Assembly: GCA_031414955.1 (NCBI GenBank)
Contig: JANOQV010000052.1
Location: 1 to 12,745, forward strand
DNA: 12,745 nucleotides
Source of the DNA: Pedosphaera sp.
GTDB lineage: Bacteria > Verrucomicrobiota > Verrucomicrobiia > Limisphaerales > SIBH01
Direction: 5' to 3'
Position numbers and translations under genes: made by a program. Positions 8,370 through 12,745 of this stretch are shown here, in pieces. The notes under the pieces were generated by a model. The model did not search any database. It saw nothing but the letters and a program-made list of their open reading frames with translations, and was not told the origin of the DNA. How positions within the stretch are numbered: the stretch's first letter is position 1; the number at the start of each line of letters is the position of its first letter.

Positions 8370-8379
8370 AACTCACCCG

Positions 8380-9426
8380 ATGTCGCGCGTCGAAACTCCA
8401 GATGAAAAGTTGGCGAAGCTGGTCAAGCCCAGCTTGCAAACCGTACCGTCACTAGAATTGGAGTCAGAAGACTGCATTGTCATCTGCGCCGGATTCGAGG
8501 ACAGAGCGATGGCAATGCTCCAGTCGATGGTCGCGGTGAGGAGCCGAGGGCGAGTGCTACTCGTGGACTACCGGCCATATGTTGGCGAAAACAGAGTTGA
8601 GGAGTTTCGTTCACTTTGCCGCCAAGGCGGTTTGGCGCTGACAGAACTGGCGTACGACCGGCAGAGGCCAGCGGGATTTGGGATGGAACTGCTTCAAAGC
8701 ATCGCTGGAGTGCATGGGCGTGTTTTCGTTGATGTCTCCGCGATGTCCCGCCTGCTAATCGTACAAGCCCTTGTTGCCATTGGCAGCCGGCCTGATGGAT
8801 TTTCGAACTGCTGCATCGCCTATGCCGAAGCCACTGACTACCCTCCAAGCCGAGCTGAAGCCGAAGCTGTATTGGCAAGATCGGACGGAGACCCGACCTT
8901 TTCGGTACACTTCCTTTCCTCCGGGATATTCGACGTGACCGTGGTCCCGGAATTGTCATCGACTGCAATGACAGCAGGTCAGATGCGTCTTGTTGTGTTC
9001 CCTTCGCTCGATGCCGACCAACTGACCTCGCTACGTGCAGAACTCCAGCCTTCACGCTACACGTTTGTCGAAGGAATCCCGCCAAGTCCGCAGAACCGGT
9101 GGCGACCCGGCCTCATCTCCAAATTGAATCATCTGTCCGAAATGCAGGAAGCCGAGCGGTTCACAACGAGCACCCTCGACTATGCCGAGACTTTGGATTG
9201 CTTGGTCAGCCTTTACTCGAAACATGCGGCGCGGGAGCGATTGGTGATTTCGCCGACCGGGAGCAAAATGCAGACAGTAGCGGTCGGATTGTTTCGGGCT
9301 TTCGTTCGCGATGTTCAGTTAGTCTATCCAACACCAAGAGACTTCCATTCACCAGCACACTACACCCACGGGATTGGGCCGTTGCATGTGCTCCCGCTGG
9401 ATGCGTTGCATCCCTCCATCGAGTAG
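8380..9426 (+). CDS. Uncharacterised 348-aa protein, predicted tandem Rossmann-like (CARF-like) domains; third gene of the operon
   Basis: ATG lies 10 nt after the kinase-ATPase stop and codon style matches the two upstream genes. The halves have parallel layouts: IVICAGFEDRA...VFVDVSAMSR...IAYAEATDY and LVVFPSLDADQ...LVISPTGSKMQ...LVYPTPRDF. These echo the CARF strand-(D/N)x(T/S)GGxK-helix-strand-Y pattern. The CDS call is strong; the fold is inference. Confidence 0.75.
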   Translation: MSRVETPDEKLAKLVKPSLQTVPSLELESEDCIVICAGFEDRAMAMLQSMVAVRSRGRVLLVDYRPYVGENRVEEFRSLCRQGGLALTELAYDRQRPAGFGMELLQSIAGVHGRVFVDVSAMSRLLIVQALVAIGSRPDGFSNCCIAYAEATDYPPSRAEAEAVLARSDGDPTFSVHFLSSGIFDVTVVPELSSTAMTAGQMRLVVFPSLDADQLTSLRAELQPSRYTFVEGIPPSPQNRWRPGLISKLNHLSEMQEAERFTTSTLDYAETLDCLVSLYSKHAARERLVISPTGSKMQTVAVGLFRAFVRDVQLVYPTPRDFHSPAHYTHGIGPLHVLPLDALHPSIE

Positions 9427-9740
9427 CTGGCGACCGTCTGGCGCAACCCGACCAACCTCGGCGCGGCGGAACCGCCCGACGGCATCGCTCTCTCCGGCTT
9501 CGACTTCACCTTTGATCGCTTGAGCGTGGCGCACTGGGTCAGCGCGTTCGGCTCGCCGGGATTGAACTTCGACGAATTCCGCCTCGGCACGAACTGGGCG
9601 AGTGTGACGCCGCCCGGCGGCGACGGCGACACGCGGATGGTGTTCGACTTCGACGACGGCACCTACCAGGGCTGGACGCAGGTGATGACCAATGCCGACT
9701 ACTCGCCGCAGGCCTTCGTGGTCGCGGCCGGCGCGGATGC
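9427..9740 (+). pseudogene. Internal fragment of a host-type secreted protein, lacking its start and natural end
   Basis: Reads LATVWRNPTNLGAAEPPDGIALSGFDFTFDRLSV...NFDEFRLGTNWASVTPPGG..MVFDFDDGTYQGWTQV.. with high GC3. The 'W.NP...FDE.R.GT.W..V' pattern is typical of verrucomicrobial extracellular beta-sandwich domains. Coding style degrades after ~9740 and the frame closes at 9849. Confidence 0.7.
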
Positions 9741-9806
9741 AGCCTGCAAGCGCCAAGAGCATGTTTGCTCTGTGCGAAATGGCTGCGTTGCGGCTGACGT
9801 TCAAAG

Positions 9807-9858
9807 TCGACTTGGGTGGTCTTCTATGACAGAATTCACGTTTCTGTAATCAGAAACG
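9807..9858 (+). promoter_or_regulatory. Putative promoter (TCGACT-N17-CAGAAT with extended TG) plus overlapping inverted-repeat operator
   Basis: -35 at 9807-9812, TG at 9827-9828 and -10 at 9830-9835. A perfect inverted repeat CGTTTCTG-TAAT-CAGAAACG spans 9839-9858, ending 10 nt before ATG 9869. Confidence 0.5.
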
Positions 9859-9868
9859 AAAACCGTCA

Positions 9869-12745
9869 ATGAACTCGCCATACTCCACTACTCACATACT
9901 TCGGCTGCTGCTCGTCGCCGCGCTCGCGCTGAATGCTTCGGCGCAGTCCACCTGGACAAACTCCGCGGGCGGCAACTGGTCGGTGGCGGCTAATTGGACG
10001 GGTGGCGTTCCCGTGTCGGGCGGCGCAACGATTCTGAATTTCACGGCGGCAGGCGCCTACAGCGTCACCAACGACCTGCCGGGCGTCTTCCAGCTCAATC
10101 AGATTAATTTCGCCGGACCCACGCTGAGTCTTCGCGGGAACAATCTTCAACTGACCGGCAGCAATTCGCAGATGAATCAGAACGGCGCGGGTCCGGTGAC
10201 GAATTACCTCAGCATCGAGCTGGCCACGAACGTCACGCTTGGCGGAGCGGGTGGCGGCACGATGACGTTCGCGGGCGTGCTCACCGGGTCGGGCAACCTG
10301 ACCAAGACCAACGGCGGGACGCTGACGATTCCGGTCGCGCACAGCCACAGCGGCGGGACGATTATCCTCAACGGCACACTGAATCCGCATGGCAACGGCT
10401 CCGGCGCTTCGCTGAATTTTTTCGGCACGGGCACGCTGACGATGACCAACGGCGTCACGCTCCGCCCGACGGATGCCTCGGGTCAGCCGGTGAGAATTTC
10501 CACGGCCATTGCGTTGAGCGGCGGCACGGTGAACGTGCCCGTTCCGTTCGGTGGCGGCACGGACCTCTGGCTCGACGGCGTGGTGGCGGGGCCGGGCGGA
10601 TTCTCCATCAGCGGCGGCACGCGCTGGCTGGCGCTTTTCGGCAACAACACCTTCAGCGGCGGCGTGACGATCAACGATGGCAACCAGGTCCGGATTAACA
10701 CGGTGAACGGTTTGGGCGCCGGGCCACTGCGATTGGGCAACTCCTCCGGCGGCTCGTTGAATCCTCTCGCCAATCTCTCCGCCGGTCTCGTGACCAACGT
10801 CATCAATCTGGCTGCGGGCGGAACGCTGTTCGTGGACACGGGCGGCGGCAGCGTGAACCTCGCCGGCAGCATCACGAACACTGGCGCGCTGACCAAGAAC
10901 GGCGGCAACACGCTGACTCTCTCCGGCGTGAACACGCACAGCAGCAACACCACGGTCAACGCCGGCTCGCTCACGTTGAGCAACCGCCTGGCGTTGCAGA
11001 ACAGCACGCTCGTTTTCGGCGGAGGCTCCATCGCCTTCGGCGGAACGCTGACGCCGTTCACCTTCGGCGGACTTTCCGGCAGCACGGCGTTGCCGCTGGT
11101 CAACGCGGTCGGAGCGCCGGTCGTGCTGACCGTCGGCAACAACAGCAGCACTTACAGCGGCGAGTTCAGCGGCGCAGGCGGGTTTACCAAGAGCGGCGCA
11201 GGCACGCTGACGCTCTCGGTCGCGAGCACCTTCAGCGGCGTCACCACGGTCGCGGGCGGCATCTTGCGACTGACCACCGCCGCGGCGCTCGGCACGAACA
11301 CGGACGTGGTGCTGAACAGCGGCAGCGGGACGCTCGACCTCGCGTTCACCGGCACCAATCTGGTCAATGCGCTCTTCATCAACGGGACGCGGCAGCCGGT
11401 CGGCGACTACGGCGCGAACGGTTCCACGCTCACCGGCGGCGGCTATCTGCGCGTGGCGACGGCGACGCCGAGTTCGCGGAAGGACATTCTCACCTTCACC
11501 TTTCCGACGTTCGGCGCGGCGACGCTGGCCGGGACGAACATCACGCTCACCGTTCCCTACAACACTCCGGTGACGAGCCTCGCGCCGACGTTCACGCTCT
11601 CGCTGCTGGCGACGGCAAGTCCGGTTTCGGGCACCGCGCGGGATTTCACGGCGCCGCAGATTTACACCGTCACGGCTGAGGACGCCTCGACGCGGGATTT
11701 TCGCGTGACGGTCATCGTGACTCCGGCGAGCGCGGCGAAGGACATCCTCACCTTCACCTTCCCGTCGTACGGCGCGGCCACGATTGCCGGCACGAACATC
11801 ACCATGACCGTCCCCTACGGCACCGCGGTGACGAACCTCGCGCCGACTTTCACGGTCTCGCCCGCCGCGTCGGCGAGTCCGGTTTCGGGAACAACGCGGG
11901 ACTTCACCGCGCCGCAGATTTACACCGTCACGGCCGAGAATGGCTCCACCAAGGACTTCCGCGTCACGGTCAACATCACGCCCATCAGCTCGGCGAAGGA
12001 CATCCTGACGTTCGACTTCGGCGCGCTGGGACCGGCGGCGATTGCCGGGACGAACATCACCATCACGGTGGGATTGAACGTGGGGCTGACGAACCTCGCG
12101 CCGACTTTCACGGTGTCGCCGTTCGCCAGCGGCAATCCGGCGTCCGGAACCACGAACGACTTCACGACGCCGCAGATTTACACGGTCACGGCGGAGAACA
12201 GTTCGACCAGAGACTTTCGCGTCACGGTCAACATCACGCCCATCAGTTCGGCGAAGGACATCCTCACGTTCGACTTCGGCGCGCTGGGGCCGGCGACGAT
12301 TGCCGGGACAAACATCACCATCACGGTGGGATTGAACGTGGGGCTGACGAACCTCGCGCCGACTTTCACGGTGTCGCCGTTCGCCACCGGCAATCCGCCG
12401 TCGGGAGCCACGAACAACTTCACCACTCCGCGGACGTACGCAGTGACCGCGCAGGACGGCTCGACGAAGAGCTACCTCGTCACGGTGCAGACTTATCTCG
12501 CGTGGCAGTATTCCGGCTCGTTCCACATCATCACCACACCGGAAGGCGCGAACCTGACCGGCTCGGTTTCGGAAACAAATTTCCCGCTGCTCGTGCGGCT
12601 CAATGCGAGCTTCTTCAACTTCAGCCAGGCGAAGGCTGGCGGCGCGGACCTTCGTTTCACCACCAGCGCGGGCGCGACGCTTGCCTACCAGATTGAGGAA
12701 TGGGGCGCCGCGAACGGAACGGCCAGCGTCTGGGTGCGCGTGCCG
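9869..12745 (+). CDS. Large secreted protein, 3'-partial: signal peptide, PATR repeats, four DUF5018-like Ig repeats, start of a DUF2341-like domain
   Basis: Absent from the ORF track because there is no stop in the window. Starts MNSPYSTTHILRLLLVAALALNASA|QSTWTNSAGGNWS (A-x-A cleavage site). Contains GNLTKTNGGTLTI, GALTKNGGNTLTLSG, GGFTKSGAGTLTLS and 4x KDILTF...APTFT.S...F(T)..P..Y.VTA. Ends NFPLLVRLNASFFNFSQAKAGGADLRFT...LAYQIEEW...ASVWVRVP. Confidence 0.9.
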   Translation, partial: MNSPYSTTHILRLLLVAALALNASAQSTWTNSAGGNWSVAANWTGGVPVSGGATILNFTAAGAYSVTNDLPGVFQLNQINFAGPTLSLRGNNLQLTGSNSQMNQNGAGPVTNYLSIELATNVTLGGAGGGTMTFAGVLTGSGNLTKTNGGTLTIPVAHSHSGGTIILNGTLNPHGNGSGASLNFFGTGTLTMTNGVTLRPTDASGQPVRISTAIALSGGTVNVPVPFGGGTDLWLDGVVAGPGGFSISGGTRWLALFGNNTFSGGVTINDGNQVRINTVNGLGAGPLRLGNSSGGSLNPLANLSAGLVTNVINLAAGGTLFVDTGGGSVNLAGSITNTGALTKNGGNTLTLSGVNTHSSNTTVNAGSLTLSNRLALQNSTLVFGGGSIAFGGTLTPFTFGGLSGSTALPLVNAVGAPVVLTVGNNSSTYSGEFSGAGGFTKSGAGTLTLSVASTFSGVTTVAGGILRLTTAAALGTNTDVVLNSGSGTLDLAFTGTNLVNALFINGTRQPVGDYGANGSTLTGGGYLRVATATPSSRKDILTFTFPTFGAATLAGTNITLTVPYNTPVTSLAPTFTLSLLATASPVSGTARDFTAPQIYTVTAEDASTRDFRVTVIVTPASAAKDILTFTFPSYGAATIAGTNITMTVPYGTAVTNLAPTFTVSPAASASPVSGTTRDFTAPQIYTVTAENGSTKDFRVTVNITPISSAKDILTFDFGALGPAAIAGTNITITVGLNVGLTNLAPTFTVSPFASGNPASGTTNDFTTPQIYTVTAENSSTRDFRVTVNITPISSAKDILTFDFGALGPATIAGTNITITVGLNVGLTNLAPTFTVSPFATGNPPSGATNNFTTPRTYAVTAQDGSTKSYLVTVQTYLAWQYSGSFHIITTPEGANLTGSVSETNFPLLVRLNASFFNFSQAKAGGADLRFTTSAGATLAYQIEEWGAANGTASVWVRVP
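10292..10934 (+). repeat. Paralogous PATR module, copy 2 (copy 1 at ~2738-3380)
   Basis: Collinear with copy 1 at a 7554-bp offset, with many synonymous and conservative substitutions. Confidence 0.9.
11471..12490 (+). repeat. Four tandem 258-bp (86-aa) coding repeats
   Basis: The anchor AAGGACAT(T/C)CT occurs at 11480, 11738, 11996 and 12254, an exact period of 258. Units 3 and 4 are near-identical; units 1 and 2 resemble each other. Confidence 0.95.

Larger units (their letters stand above)
4741..9426. mobile_element. Horizontally acquired three-gene islet with no mobility gene in the window
   Basis: A/T-ending codons are visibly more frequent than in the flanking genes. Broken host-type genes abut both ends, and host-like coding sequence resumes right after the TAG at 9426. 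The left boundary is approximate. Confidence 0.65.

Noticed and set aside
4775..9426. Assignment to classical type II RM, BREX/Pgl, DISARM, Avs or CBASS
   Set aside because: No recognisable REase, PglZ/BrxC, helicase, TPR sensor or nucleotide cyclase in the window. A highly diverged nuclease cannot be excluded without profile searches.
9424..9429. Programmed amber readthrough (pyrrolysine) fusing gene 3 to the downstream frame
   Set aside because: The downstream sequence is an unrelated extracellular-domain fragment with different codon usage. An in-frame junction has a one-in-three chance, and there are no pyl genes in the window.
9741..9800. Intrinsic terminator, sigma54 promoter or integron attC site
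   Set aside because: The hairpin at 9756-9771 has no U-tract, the GG-N10-GC sigma54 spacing is not met, and I saw no paired RYYYAAC/GTTRRRY boxes.
9520..9849. 109-aa ORF as an independent gene
   Set aside because: Coding-like sequence begins upstream at 9427 without a start, and the last ~35 codons run through promoter-like DNA. It is better explained as a fragment.
11471..12490. Possible CRISPR array or non-coding repeat
   Set aside because: The period is 258 bp (a multiple of 3), there are no unique spacers, and the frame is open, so these are protein domain repeats.
9866..12526. 886-aa minus-strand ORF
   Set aside because: Arg-rich antisense shadow of the real + strand gene 9869..>12745. 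Its repeats mirror the 258-bp coding repeats.

Overview
GC-rich bacterial DNA, most like Verrucomicrobiota judging by the protein families and C-terminal motifs (inference). All credible genes are on the + strand. Two very large paralogous secreted or surface proteins, both cut by the window edges (<2..4216 and 9869..>12745; the second is missing from the ORF track), flank a compositionally distinct three-gene operon at about 4775-9426. The operon encodes an alpha-class SPPY amino-DNA methyltransferase, a non-RD protein-kinase-like domain fused to a P-loop (ORC/Cdc6- or STAND-like) ATPase, and an unnamed 348-aa protein that looks like two tandem Rossmann/CARF-like domains. No restriction nuclease, integrase or transposase is recognisable. 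This operon is the best candidate for an undescribed anti-phage or conflict system. It sits among remnants of host-type genes: a 34-aa ORF made of a signal-peptide start and a C-terminal tail, an ECF sigma factor cut after region 2, a ~20-codon glycoside hydrolase NEP-motif sliver, and an internal fragment of a secreted protein. All calls come from reading motifs by eye; no database searches were run.
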